DNA from: Nitrospinaceae bacterium
GTDB taxonomy: Bacteria > Nitrospinota_A > UBA7883 > JAJDBK01
DNA length: 32,000 nt
Assembly: GCA_029261405.1 (NCBI GenBank)
Contig: JAJDBK010000005.1
Location: 1 to 32,000, forward strand
Reading direction: 5' to 3'
In this document: positions 16,575 through 26,070 of the stretch, piece after piece
Numbering within the stretch: the stretch's first letter is position 1
Layout: every line of letters begins with the position of its first letter
Notes under the pieces: model-generated
Databases searched by the model: none
Seen by the model: only the letters and a program-made list of their open reading frames with translations
What the model was told of the DNA's origin: nothing
Made by a program: the position numbers and the translations under genes

Positions 16575-19010
16575 TCAGGCGCTGTTAACCAACGGGTTTC
16601 CTTCCAGGAAGATCAGTTCACCATTATCGAAACGAACCTGTATTACAGATCCTCGTTTGAATCTGCCCTTTAGCATCTCTTCGGAGAGAGGGTTTTCCAA
16701 CATACGCTGGATGGCGCGTTTTAGTGGTCGTGCGCCGTATTGCGGATCGAATCCCTCCTCGACAATATAACCCTTGGCGTCCTCATCCACCTCTATGTCG
16801 ATTCCCTCTTCCTTGAGCCGTTTGCCAAGCTCTTCAAGCTGTAGATCCACGATTTTCGTAATATTATCCTTATCTAGCCTGTGGAAAGTTACAATCTCAT
16901 CGATCCTGTTGAGAAACTCCGGGTTGAAGGTTCTTTTCAGTTCGTTCTTGATCTCGCTCTCCATTTTCTTATGGGCAAGCTCAGGCTGGTCCGGCTGGAA
17001 ACCTATGGTGGAGCCTTTTTCGACTATTCTGGCCGAGAGATTCGATGTCATAATAAGGATGACGTTTTTAAAACTGACATGCCGACCGTAGCTGTCGGTA
17101 AGCCTTCCGTCGTCCATTATCTGTAACAGCATATGGAAAATATCGCCGTGTGATTTTTCGATTTCATCGAGAAGAACGACCGAATAAGGGCGTCTGCGCA
17201 CTCTTTCGGTCAGTTGTCCCCCCTCTTCGTATCCGACATAACCGGGAGGGGCGCCAACGAGCTTGGACGCATTAAACTTCTCCATATACTCCGACATGTC
17301 CAGCCGTATGAGGGCGCTTCTGTCCCCAAAAAGGTATTCCGCCAGAATGTTCGCAAGCTCGGTCTTACCGACACCTGTAGGCCCGAGAAAAAGGAAAGTC
17401 CCCATCGGTTTATCAACTTCCCCCAATCCCATGCGGGAACGCCTGATCGCCTTGCATATCGCTTCGACGGCGCTGTCCTGTCCGAAAAGTTTTTTCCTTA
17501 ATTCGTCACCCATAACCTGGAGCCTTTTCGACTCCTCTTTTTCGATCCTGTTGAGCGGAATACCGGTGATCGACGAGACAACGTATGCAATATCCTCTTC
17601 GGAGACAATGGGCCTGCTCGTATCCTGCTCCTTCTCCCACTCTTCCCGTTTTTTGTCGAGGTCGAGGCGAAGCTCCTCTTCCTTGTCCCGCAATTCGACG
17701 GCGCCTTCAAACTCCTGCTTTTCGATCTTCTCTTTTTTGTCGGCGACGATCTCGTCGATCTTGTGCTGGAGCTGGCGCAGGTCAGGTGGAAAGGTAACCT
17801 TACGCAGATGCACACGGCTACCCGCTTCGTCGATAACGTCGATTGCCTTGTCCGGCAGGAACCGGTCGGCGATGTAGCGGTCAGACATCCTTACGGCGGC
17901 AATGATCGCTTCGTCGGTGATGATGGACTTATGGTGCGCTTCGTACTCGGATTTCAAACCACGGATGATGTCGATGGTCTCCTCAAGGCCGGGCGGTTGC
18001 ACAACAACAGGCTGGAACCTTCGTTCCAGAGCGCCGTTCTTTTCGATATATTTGCGGTATTCGTCGAGTGTGGTGGCGCCGATGCACTGGATCTCCCCTC
18101 GGGAGAGGGCGGGTTTAAGCATGTTTGACGCGTCCATGCTCCCTTCGGCGGCGCCCGCTCCGACGAGGGTGTGGATTTCGTCGATGAACAGGATCACGTT
18201 GGTCGATTGGGTGATCTCTTTCATAATCGCCTTGATTCGCTGTTCGAACTGGCCCCTGTATTTCGTTCCGGCTATTACCGCGCCAAGGTCGAGGCTGACG
18301 ACCTTTTTGTCGTAGAGCAGGTGGGGCACTTCGCGGGAGATTATCCGCTGGGAGAGCCCCTCCACAATGGCGGTCTTTCCCACTCCCGGCTCGCCGATGA
18401 GAACCGGGTTGTTTTTTGTCCTGCGGGCCAGGATCTGTATCACCCGCTCGATCTCCTTTTCGCGACCAATGACAGGGTCGAGTTTCCCCTTGATCGCCAT
18501 TTCAGTAAGATCCCTGCCGAACTCGTCGAGGGCTGGTGTTTTAGACTGTTGTTTCTCCGTGGCTGGGTTGGATGGCTCGCGCAGAAGGTTGATGGTCTGC
18601 TCACGGACGTCGGCGTAGGTAATTCCAAGGGCGTTTAACACCCGAGCGCCTACGCCATCCTTTTCCCGCATCAAACCAAGCAGGAGGTGTTCCGTTCCGA
18701 TGTAGCTGTGACCCATGGAGCGGGCCTCCTCCACAGAATACTCCAGAACCTTCTTGGCGCGGCTGGTAAAGGGGATATCGCCGATAATAAGAGTGTTGGA
18801 GCTTGCGGGCATATTCCGTTCCACTTCCAGACGCACCTTTTTCAGATCGACGCTCAACCGTTGCAATACGGCGATGGCAACACCACCTGCGTCTTTTAGT
18901 ACACCAAGAAGAAGATGCTCCGTTCCGAGATATTCGTGCTGGTTCTTCTCCGCCTCTTCGCGGGCCAGAATAATTACCTTGCGGGCTCGTTCCGTAAATC
19001 GTTTAAACAT
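16575..19010 (-). CDS. clpC: ATP-dependent Clp protease ATP-binding subunit ClpC
   Basis: 811 aa. Clp N-domain [33 protein letters not shown]; two AAA+ domains ([24 protein letters not shown]); UVR motif [15 protein letters not shown]. Confidence 0.93.
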   Translation of the reverse strand: MFKRFTERARKVIILAREEAEKNQHEYLGTEHLLLGVLKDAGGVAIAVLQRLSVDLKKVRLEVERNMPASSNTLIIGDIPFTSRAKKVLEYSVEEARSMGHSYIGTEHLLLGLMREKDGVGARVLNALGITYADVREQTINLLREPSNPATEKQQSKTPALDEFGRDLTEMAIKGKLDPVIGREKEIERVIQILARRTKNNPVLIGEPGVGKTAIVEGLSQRIISREVPHLLYDKKVVSLDLGAVIAGTKYRGQFEQRIKAIMKEITQSTNVILFIDEIHTLVGAGAAEGSMDASNMLKPALSRGEIQCIGATTLDEYRKYIEKNGALERRFQPVVVQPPGLEETIDIIRGLKSEYEAHHKSIITDEAIIAAVRMSDRYIADRFLPDKAIDVIDEAGSRVHLRKVTFPPDLRQLQHKIDEIVADKKEKIEKQEFEGAVELRDKEEELRLDLDKKREEWEKEQDTSRPIVSEEDIAYVVSSITGIPLNRIEKEESKRLQVMGDELRKKLFGQDSAVEAICKAIRRSRMGLGEVDKPMGTFLFLGPTGVGKTELANILAEYLFGDRSALIRLDMSEYMEKFNASKLVGAPPGYVGYEEGGQLTERVRRRPYSVVLLDEIEKSHGDIFHMLLQIMDDGRLTDSYGRHVSFKNVILIMTSNLSARIVEKGSTIGFQPDQPELAHKKMESEIKNELKRTFNPEFLNRIDEIVTFHRLDKDNITKIVDLQLEELGKRLKEEGIDIEVDEDAKGYIVEEGFDPQYGARPLKRAIQRMLENPLSEEMLKGRFKRGSVIQVRFDNGELIFLEGNPLVNSA

Positions 19011-19121
19011 GTATAAGTCTCACAATATCAGCCATAGCGGTCTGCGAGGCGAAAATACCCGCCCGCTCCCAAACTTCATCTGGCGCTAAAGCCCGGATTG
19101 TTAAATGCGTCATAAACATCG

Positions 19122-19820
19122 TCATTCTAGCATATCATCGGAAAAGTCTACAATCTTGCCGTCTTTAATGCGAACGACTTTCTCCATTCTTTTCATCAGC
19201 GCCGGATTATGGGTGACCACAACAAAGGCCGTCCCTGTTTCCCGGTTCAGATCCATCAGAAGATCAAAGACCTCATCACCTGTTTTCGTGTCGAGGTTGC
19301 CTGTCGGTTCGTCAGCTAACATCAGGTCCGGTTCGTTTACGAGCGCTCTTGCGATGGCGACTCTCTGTTGTTCGCCCCCAGAGAGCTTTCCGGGCCTGTG
19401 TGTTACACGGTGTGACAACCCTACCTTTGCAAGCAGACTACCGGCAAGCTCCAGCGCCTCCTTCTTGCTCTTTCCTGCGATCATGGCGGGAAGGGCCACG
19501 TTTTCGATGGCGTTGAACTCCGGCAGGAGCATGTGCGCCTGAAAAACGTAACCGATCCGCCAGGAGCGGAATCGGGCGAGTCGGGTCTCATCCATACCGA
19601 TGATATCCACACCGTCATAGAGAACCTTCCCGCTGGTAGGCCGGTCAAGCCCTCCCATGGAGTGAAGAAGTGTTGTTTTACCCGCCCCGGAGGCTCCCAC
19701 CAGACCGACAACCTCTCCACGGTTCACGGTAAGGCAGACCGAATCGAGAACGGTAATCAAACCTTCATCCACAACGAAAGTGCGGGTGACATCCAAAACT
19801 TCAAGAAACGGATGTTCCAT
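19122..19820 (-). CDS. lolD: Lipoprotein-releasing ABC transporter ATP-binding protein
   Basis: 232 aa. Walker A GASGAGKTTLLHSMGG; signature LSGGEQQRVAIARAL; Walker B LMLADEPTGNLD. Confidence 0.9.
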   Translation of the reverse strand: MEHPFLEVLDVTRTFVVDEGLITVLDSVCLTVNRGEVVGLVGASGAGKTTLLHSMGGLDRPTSGKVLYDGVDIIGMDETRLARFRSWRIGYVFQAHMLLPEFNAIENVALPAMIAGKSKKEALELAGSLLAKVGLSHRVTHRPGKLSGGEQQRVAIARALVNEPDLMLADEPTGNLDTKTGDEVFDLLMDLNRETGTAFVVVTHNPALMKRMEKVVRIKDGKIVDFSDDMLE

Positions 19821-19823
19821 CCC

Positions 19824-20414
19824 CTACCCTCCCAAACCGGCGATGGCAGCGCCGGAGAATAGCGGAATCGAAAAATTGTCGTCCAGCCTCCCTGAAAACG
19901 CTTCGGCAAGGGTGGCTGTAAAGGCGCCTGTGAGCATTGCCGACAGGCTGAAATCGGCGAGAGTCAAGCCCACAAGAACGCAGACAGCGAACATCGTTGC
20001 GCTTCCTTCAAGACTTCTGCCATTGGCAAACCGTATTTTCCCGAACCGTTTCCCGATAACAGCGGCTGAAGGATCGCCGAAAGCCAGAAAAAAGAGGACC
20101 ACCGAAGCTGTCACCGGTTGAAAAAAGAGGAGTGTCAGAAACGATCCGACCAGAAGAAACGACGTGCCGGTATAACCCTCAGACTCTCTGGTCTTCATGA
20201 GAAAAGAGAGGTTACGAACAAAAAATTCGTTTACAGCTTTCGACCGTAACCGCAAAGTGTCGAAGGTTATCCATATCAGCGCCGCCACACCTGTAACCAG
20301 TAGCGTGACATCATCTCTTACCAGGTCGAAATAGTGTACCGTCGGAATAATCGACGCTCCGGTGACATGGAATATCTTTCGCGGCCAGTGGGAGTCGATC
20401 AACAGCTCGTTCAT
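19824..20414 (-). CDS. Polyprenol/diacylglycerol kinase-like (dolichol kinase/CdsA superfamily) membrane protein
   Basis: 196 aa polytopic. HWPRKIFHVTGASIIP; LAFGDPSAAVIGKRFGKIRFANGRSLEGSATMF; AEAFSGRLDDNFSIPLFSG. Confidence 0.75.
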   Translation of the reverse strand: MNELLIDSHWPRKIFHVTGASIIPTVHYFDLVRDDVTLLVTGVAALIWITFDTLRLRSKAVNEFFVRNLSFLMKTRESEGYTGTSFLLVGSFLTLLFFQPVTASVVLFFLAFGDPSAAVIGKRFGKIRFANGRSLEGSATMFAVCVLVGLTLADFSLSAMLTGAFTATLAEAFSGRLDDNFSIPLFSGAAIAGLGG

Positions 20415-20417
20415 GAT

Positions 20418-21692
20418 CTATTCGTATCGCAGAGTCTCAGCCGGGTCGAGCCGGGATGCGGACCATGCGGGATATATCGTGGCGAGAACCGTCACAAGCA
20501 AAGCCAGCGCCGATACTATCGCCACATCGGAAAACTGCATCAGAACAGGCAGGGTGGTGAGATTGTATACATCTTCGGGCAACTTTATAAACTGGTACCT
20601 CTTGAGCAACTGGCCCAGCGCAACACCACCAGCAACCCCCAAAGCCGTCCCGGAACAACCTATTATCATGCCTTCGAGAAAAAAGATTCGCATGATGCTT
20701 TTCGGGCTGGCGCCCATGGCTTTTAATATGGCGATATCTTTCGTTTTCTCCATGACAACCATGATGAGGGTGGAGACGATATTAAAAGCCGCCACACAGA
20801 CAATCAGGGCGAGAATTACACCGAGAGCCACCTTTTCGAGTTTCAACGCAAAAAAGAGGTTTCTGTTCAGCTCACGCCAATCCCGGACAATGAAAGGGTA
20901 AGAGAGCTGTTCCCGGATAACGTCAGACACCTCACCTGAACGGTAGACATCTTCGATTTTCACCTCAACTCCGGTCACCTTATCCCCCATTTTGAAGAGC
21001 GACTGGGCCTGGGTTAGTGAAATGAGGGCCAATGAGGCGTCGTATTCATACATGCCGGAGCTGAAGATACCGGAGATGTAATACTCCCGTGAAACGGGAA
21101 CCATTCCCCCCGGAGTGGTGTTCCCCACAGGGCTTACCACAGTCAGCGGGTCTCCCATGCCGACCCGGAGCTGACCGGCCAGCTCTTTACCCACAACGAT
21201 ACCGGCTCTGCGTTGTTCCACCGGCACACCCAGATCATCCGGGGCGACCAGAACCCTGGCGTACTTTTCCTGAAGATGCTCCAGCATTCCTTCTATCATG
21301 TATGAGGCGAGATCGGTCGATTTTGCCACAGGATCGACCTCGATTCCCCGCAGGACAACCCCGGTTACATTACTTGCGGAACTTAACATCACCTGTTTGT
21401 AGATGAAAGGAGAGGCGGCGATAACGCCATTCCGCTTTTTTGCGATGTTTACGACGTTATCCGGCTCGGTAAAACCGCCACCACCCATCCTCGTAATCAG
21501 TATGTGGGAGTTTGCCCCCAGAATCTTTCCTTTCAGGTCCTCCTGGGCGCCTGTCATTACCGCAAGCACCACTATCAGGGCGCAGACTCCTATGGCGACC
21601 CCGCCTATCGATATCCAGGTTATAAGCGAGATAAAGGTCTGTTTTCTCTTGGCCTTGAGATAGCGTAAGCTGATGAACCATTCGTAAGACAT
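20418..21692 (-). CDS. lolC: Lipoprotein-releasing ABC transporter permease (LolC/E-type)
   Basis: 424 aa. EWFISLRYLKAKRKQTFISLITWISIGGVAIGVCALIVVLAVMTG; IMVVMEKTKDIAILKAMGAS; ATIYPAWSASRLDPAETLRYE. Confidence 0.88.
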   Translation of the reverse strand: MSYEWFISLRYLKAKRKQTFISLITWISIGGVAIGVCALIVVLAVMTGAQEDLKGKILGANSHILITRMGGGGFTEPDNVVNIAKKRNGVIAASPFIYKQVMLSSASNVTGVVLRGIEVDPVAKSTDLASYMIEGMLEHLQEKYARVLVAPDDLGVPVEQRRAGIVVGKELAGQLRVGMGDPLTVVSPVGNTTPGGMVPVSREYYISGIFSSGMYEYDASLALISLTQAQSLFKMGDKVTGVEVKIEDVYRSGEVSDVIREQLSYPFIVRDWRELNRNLFFALKLEKVALGVILALIVCVAAFNIVSTLIMVVMEKTKDIAILKAMGASPKSIMRIFFLEGMIIGCSGTALGVAGGVALGQLLKRYQFIKLPEDVYNLTTLPVLMQFSDVAIVSALALLVTVLATIYPAWSASRLDPAETLRYE

Positions 21693-21755
21693 TTTTTATC
21701 GGGCGATCCTGCGGTTTTTCAATAGCAATTTCATTGTTACGGACAATATGGATAG

Positions 21756-22430
21756 TTATTTAATACCGGTGGTTTCATCGTTGAGTCTTCTGAAAAACCG
21801 TTCCATAAACCGGTGGCGTTCAAGGGCTATCTGCCGTCCTGATCGGGTAAGTATCCGCTCATGCAGATGTTTCAGTTTCACCAGATATTCCCGGTAGGCG
21901 GTGTCGTCGTAACCGTAAGCCTCTGTCTCTTCAGGGTCAACATCGGGGTCGTGAAGTCGCGCTCCGATCTCCCCTGCGAACTGAAACGCTCTCCCGATAC
22001 CAACAGCGCCGATGGAGTCGAGTTTGTCCGCATCATAAAGAACCATCGCCTCCCTTGTCTCAGGACTTACCCCGTCACGAAACCTGTGGGAAGCCACGCA
22101 GTGGGTGATAGCCTCTATCGAGTCTGAATCAAAACCCTCCCGTTCCAGAATGGACCTTGTAATGACGCCACCCACTTTTGCGTGGCAACGGGCGCCATTC
22201 TCCTCGTCACACTCTTTTCTACCGATATCGTGCAACAGAGCGCCGGAAAGCAGGATTGTCATGTCGCACTTCTCCAATGGGCCAATTTTCTGGCAGAGCC
22301 TGTAAACGCGGACAACATGGTCCCAGCCGTGCGATCCTCTCGAATCCACAAAATAGCTCCTGGCTATCGACTCTATGCGGGCAAGCGACCCGTCTTTAAT
22401 ACAATTGATGTCCACTGGCGTTGATGTCAT
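21756..22430 (-). CDS. HD-domain phosphohydrolase
   Basis: 224 aa. HGWDHVVRVYRLC; GALLHDIGRKE; ASHRFRDG; YDADKLDSIGAVGIGR. Confidence 0.88.
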   Translation of the reverse strand: MTSTPVDINCIKDGSLARIESIARSYFVDSRGSHGWDHVVRVYRLCQKIGPLEKCDMTILLSGALLHDIGRKECDEENGARCHAKVGGVITRSILEREGFDSDSIEAITHCVASHRFRDGVSPETREAMVLYDADKLDSIGAVGIGRAFQFAGEIGARLHDPDVDPEETEAYGYDDTAYREYLVKLKHLHERILTRSGRQIALERHRFMERFFRRLNDETTGIK

Positions 22431-22498
22431 CAGATATCCTCGGTCTTTTTCTATTCAGCCGGTTATAATAACATCTTTATTTTGAAAGGATGTTGCGG

Positions 22499-22864
22499 AT
22501 GCGTCTACCCCTCTTTCTCCTGCTCGCCTTTGCCCTGACCACGTTTCAAGTTTTAGCGGAAGAAGATAAAGGAACGATGGAGAAGGCTGGCGCCTACATA
22601 GACAAAACCGTCGAAGGCGCCAAGGAATTCCTGAGCGACACCACCCTCACGGCCCGGGTGAAAAAGAGGCTCTACGATGATGAAAAAACCGATAGCGGCC
22701 AGTTGAAGATCACCACCGACCATGGAACAGTTCTGGTGGAGGGAGAGGTCAGGTCGGAGGATATGGCCCGGAGAGTCATAGCCATCGTCAAAGCCACCGA
22801 AGGAGTAATGAAAACGGAAAACCGTCTCGTTATCCTGACCGGAACACCTTCACAGATAAAATAA
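22499..22864 (+). CDS. Secreted BON-domain protein
   Basis: Track ORF starts at 22490. The ATG at 22499 has a better-spaced AAAGGA and a signal peptide (MRLPLFLLLAFALTTFQVLA). BON domain: DTTLTARVKKRLYDDEKTDSGQLKITTDHGTVLVEGEV. Confidence 0.82.
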   Translation: MRLPLFLLLAFALTTFQVLAEEDKGTMEKAGAYIDKTVEGAKEFLSDTTLTARVKKRLYDDEKTDSGQLKITTDHGTVLVEGEVRSEDMARRVIAIVKATEGVMKTENRLVILTGTPSQIK

Positions 22865-22876
22865 AGCGGGCTGGTT

Positions 22877-23779
22877 TCAGCAACCTGAGTTCAGTCTGCC
22901 GACAATATCGTTTATCGCATCGTCCGCGTCATCTCTGAAAACCCGGCACGATCCTGCGCCAACATGTCCCCCGCCACCATATTCGGCCATGAGGTTTCCG
23001 ACATCTACTCCGCATGTGCGATTGATAACACTATGCCCCACGGCGATAGTCACATGTTTACGGTCGGGGGTGTAGAAAACCCTGGCGGAGACGTTCGCGG
23101 ATGGATACAAGGCGTACACGAGGAACCTGCTTCCGACGGGCGCTTCAGGGAGGGAACGAAAATCGGTCAGCACCACCTTCCCCTCCATTCTGGAATTCTC
23201 CTTGACCATCTCCTGGAACTTGCCATATTGCCGGACATATTCGTCGATACGCCGATGAACATCCTCGATCTCCAGAATATCCTGAATGGGATAGGCTTTT
23301 ATCCACTCGATAAGTTGCATGAAATATCCACGGGAAGGGATAAAACCGGTCCTAGGATCGACCGTATTGGCCAATCTCACCCAACCTTCAGGGCGAAGGA
23401 TGTCGTTCAGGGAGAGCATTGCGGAGTCGATTTTATCGACAGCCACCATCAGGTCGCGGTATTTGTCGCTCCATTCGGGTAGCGCGTAATATTCGAAAAC
23501 CAGCCGGGCGCACGATGGCGCCAGGCCATATTTACCCTTGAAAGAATCTGGTCGGGACCCGCGATCCTGCTCCGAGACATGATGGTCGAACCATATTCCG
23601 CAGTCGCTATGGTAAGGGAGGTTGACGACTATGTCTTCAGAACTTACTTCCACCTCCCGGTCCTGCACGGCTTTCGGATGCGCGAAACGAACCTCCGAAA
23701 TCGACTCCGCCTCCGTAATCAGAACGGCGCAGACAAGCCCGTCAAAATCCCCTCTCGTCAAAATCCTCATCGATTTCAC
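22877..23779 (-). CDS. DHH-family phosphoesterase (exopolyphosphatase-like)
   Basis: 300 aa. RGDFDGLVCAVL; WFDHHVSEQ; C-terminal GGGGHVGAGSCRV. Confidence 0.85.
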   Translation of the reverse strand: MKSMRILTRGDFDGLVCAVLITEAESISEVRFAHPKAVQDREVEVSSEDIVVNLPYHSDCGIWFDHHVSEQDRGSRPDSFKGKYGLAPSCARLVFEYYALPEWSDKYRDLMVAVDKIDSAMLSLNDILRPEGWVRLANTVDPRTGFIPSRGYFMQLIEWIKAYPIQDILEIEDVHRRIDEYVRQYGKFQEMVKENSRMEGKVVLTDFRSLPEAPVGSRFLVYALYPSANVSARVFYTPDRKHVTIAVGHSVINRTCGVDVGNLMAEYGGGGHVGAGSCRVFRDDADDAINDIVGRLNSGC

Positions 23780-24273
23780 TCCTCATTGTTAACCCCCAAG
23801 AGTCTGTCAGCCTCATAGACCTTTGCGGTCATCTCCCGCCGATAATCCTTCAAGGCTTTTGAGACCTTTTCATTACCCAGCGCGATGATCGAGCAGGCCA
23901 GAAGCGCCGCGTTCTTCCCCCCGGCTTTCCCCAGCGACACTGTGGCAACCGGAATTCCTCCGGGCATATTCACTGTGGAAAGGAGAGAATCGATGCCGTG
24001 GAGCGGCCCCGCGTCCATGGGGATACCGATAACCGGCAGAATGGTTTTTGAAGCCACTACACCGGCCAGATGCGCCGACATTCCGGCGCCAGCGATGATC
24101 GCCTTGGCTCCCTGATCTTCGGCCTTCTTTATAAGTTCATATACGCGATCAGGCGTTCTGTGGGCCGAAGCGATCCTCATCTCAAATTTCACGCCGAGTT
24201 TGTCGAATATCTTGCGAACCTCCTCCCCCACGGGCAGGTCCGATTCGCTCCCGAAAATTACCATTATATCCAT
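23776..24273 (-). CDS. purE: 5-(carboxyamino)imidazole ribonucleotide mutase
   Basis: 165 aa. VIFGSESDLPVGEEVRKIFDKLGVKFEMRIASAHRTPDRV; IIAGAGMSAHLAGVVASKT; MPGGIPVATVSLGKAGGKNAALLA. Confidence 0.96.
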   Translation of the reverse strand: MDIMVIFGSESDLPVGEEVRKIFDKLGVKFEMRIASAHRTPDRVYELIKKAEDQGAKAIIAGAGMSAHLAGVVASKTILPVIGIPMDAGPLHGIDSLLSTVNMPGGIPVATVSLGKAGGKNAALLACSIIALGNEKVSKALKDYRREMTAKVYEADRLLGVNNEE

Positions 24274-24279
24274 AACGCA

Positions 24280-25668
24280 TTATACCTCATGACAGTTAGC
24301 CACCTTGCCCGGATTAAGAATGTTGTTCGGATCGAAGGCCGCCTTGATCCTCCTGTTAAGCGCAACACCCACAGGTCCAATTTCCGATTCCAGATACGGA
24401 GCTTTCTTAAGCCCGATTCCGTGTTCACCCGAAATCGTTCCTTCAAGTTCCAGGCAGATGGCAAAGAGTTCGTCTCTGGCCCCTTTGGCTCGTGTGTATT
24501 CTTCTTCGTCTCTCTTGTCGGTCATGATGTTCACATGAATGTTGCCATCCCCTGCGTGACCGAAGTTGACTATCGGCACACCGCTCCTTTCGGAAAGCTC
24601 CGATAGCCTTTTCATAAGTTCAGGTATTTTCGATCTGGGGACCGTAACATCCTCGTTGATCTTGTTCGGACGTATCCTGAGTAAAGATGGGGAGACCGAT
24701 CTTCGCACTGTCCAGAGCTTTTCACGCTCCTCTTCATTCTCCGCCACCCGCGTTTCGATAACTTTATGATCAGCGCAGACATCCCTGATTCTGGCAAGCT
24801 CCTTTTCCGCTATATCCTCTGATCCGTCGGTTTCGATCAGAAGGATAGCCTCAGCGTTGGTCGGCAATCCGGCGTCCATATAATCTGTTACGGCGTTGAT
24901 TGCGCTCCTGTCGAGAAACTCCAGCGTCCTCGGAATAATCCCGGAACGGATAATAGCGGATACGGTTCTGGCGGAGTCATCAACCGTGTTAAACAACGCA
25001 AGCGTCGTTCTCACAGTTTCAGGTTTCGGCAATAGTTTAAGCCGGAGCCGTGTGAAAACTCCGAGAGTTCCTTCCGAGCCGATCATCAACCGTGTAAGGT
25101 CGAAACCTACAACGCTCTTGACCGTCTTCGCTCCGATATTAACGATCTCGCCTGTAGGCAGAACAACCTCCATTCCAAGAACGTAGTCGCGGGTCACACC
25201 ATACTTGACCGCTCTCGGACCGCCAGCCCCCATGGCGACATTGCCACCGATAGTCGATATTTTTAGGGACGCCGGATCTGGTGGATAGAAAAAACCCCGC
25301 TCCTCGACAGCCTTTTGCAGGTCCGCCGTAACAACCCCCGGCTCTACGTCGGCTGTCAGGTTTTCCGGGTCGATAGATAATATCGAGTTCATCCTGGTCA
25401 TCGAAATGACCACTCCGTGATTGACCGGAACCGAAGCGCCAACAAATCCCGATCCCGCGCCTCGCGCCGTTACAGGAAAGCCCTGTTCATTGGCGAGTCG
25501 CAAAACCTCACTGATCTGTTCAGCATTCGTCGGGAACAAAACCATCTCCGGTTTCGATTCAATACCCGTCGCATCAAAACCGTAGCAGAGCAGGTCCTCT
25601 GGGGAGTCAGTAGCCGAGTCTTCGGGGAAGAGGGAAAAAAGTCTCTTTTTGATTTCCGGGGAGATCAT
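24280..25668 (-). CDS. FAD-binding oxidase (GlcD-like)
   Basis: 462 aa. PVTARGAGSGFVGASVP; GGNVAMGAGGPRAVKYGVTRDYVLG; LTRLMIGSEGTLGVFTRLRLKLLP; NFGHAGDGNIHVN; EGTISGEHGIGLKK. Confidence 0.92.
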   Translation of the reverse strand: MISPEIKKRLFSLFPEDSATDSPEDLLCYGFDATGIESKPEMVLFPTNAEQISEVLRLANEQGFPVTARGAGSGFVGASVPVNHGVVISMTRMNSILSIDPENLTADVEPGVVTADLQKAVEERGFFYPPDPASLKISTIGGNVAMGAGGPRAVKYGVTRDYVLGMEVVLPTGEIVNIGAKTVKSVVGFDLTRLMIGSEGTLGVFTRLRLKLLPKPETVRTTLALFNTVDDSARTVSAIIRSGIIPRTLEFLDRSAINAVTDYMDAGLPTNAEAILLIETDGSEDIAEKELARIRDVCADHKVIETRVAENEEEREKLWTVRRSVSPSLLRIRPNKINEDVTVPRSKIPELMKRLSELSERSGVPIVNFGHAGDGNIHVNIMTDKRDEEEYTRAKGARDELFAICLELEGTISGEHGIGLKKAPYLESEIGPVGVALNRRIKAAFDPNNILNPGKVANCHEV

Positions 25669-25674
25669 AAATAT

Positions 25675-26022
25675 TCAGTTGAAGAAAGGGACTCCGATAA
25701 TATGCTCCGAGAACTCGCAACCTACCCGGATCACCTCACCCTCCTCAACCATCCATATGATTCTTGCGGTGACATCCTTATGGTCGAGGGAAGTGCCTGC
25801 GATAACCTTGAAGAGGATGATTTTCCCGATTTCCAGATTGTGCGAATCTGAAAAATCGAGACAGCATCCAACCTCGGAATGGTCCACAAGGATACCGCCC
25901 GGAAGAGGGGCGTAGAACGAATCCTTCTCGATCATCGCCTCCACATGAGCGCCGGAGCCATCCTTGCTCCTGGGAGCGGTTCGTCTGTCAGGAGTTGTTC
26001 GTCTTTCAGCAGTTTCGGTCAT
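25675..26022 (-). CDS. PilZ-domain-like protein
   Basis: 115 aa. N-terminal RRTTPDRRTAPR; VDHSEVGCCLDFSDSHNLEIGKIILFKVIAG; RIIWMVEEGEVIRVGCEF. Confidence 0.55.
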   Translation of the reverse strand: MTETAERRTTPDRRTAPRSKDGSGAHVEAMIEKDSFYAPLPGGILVDHSEVGCCLDFSDSHNLEIGKIILFKVIAGTSLDHKDVTARIIWMVEEGEVIRVGCEFSEHIIGVPFFN

Positions 26023-26070
26023 AATCCGCCTTTTATTTTCTTTCGATACATTATTGTAATCGATTAACGA

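Noticed and set aside
16774-18899. Multiple plus-strand ORFs (up to 204 aa) antisense to clpC
   Set aside because: Ser/Arg-rich shadow translations of the strongly conserved ClpC coding region.
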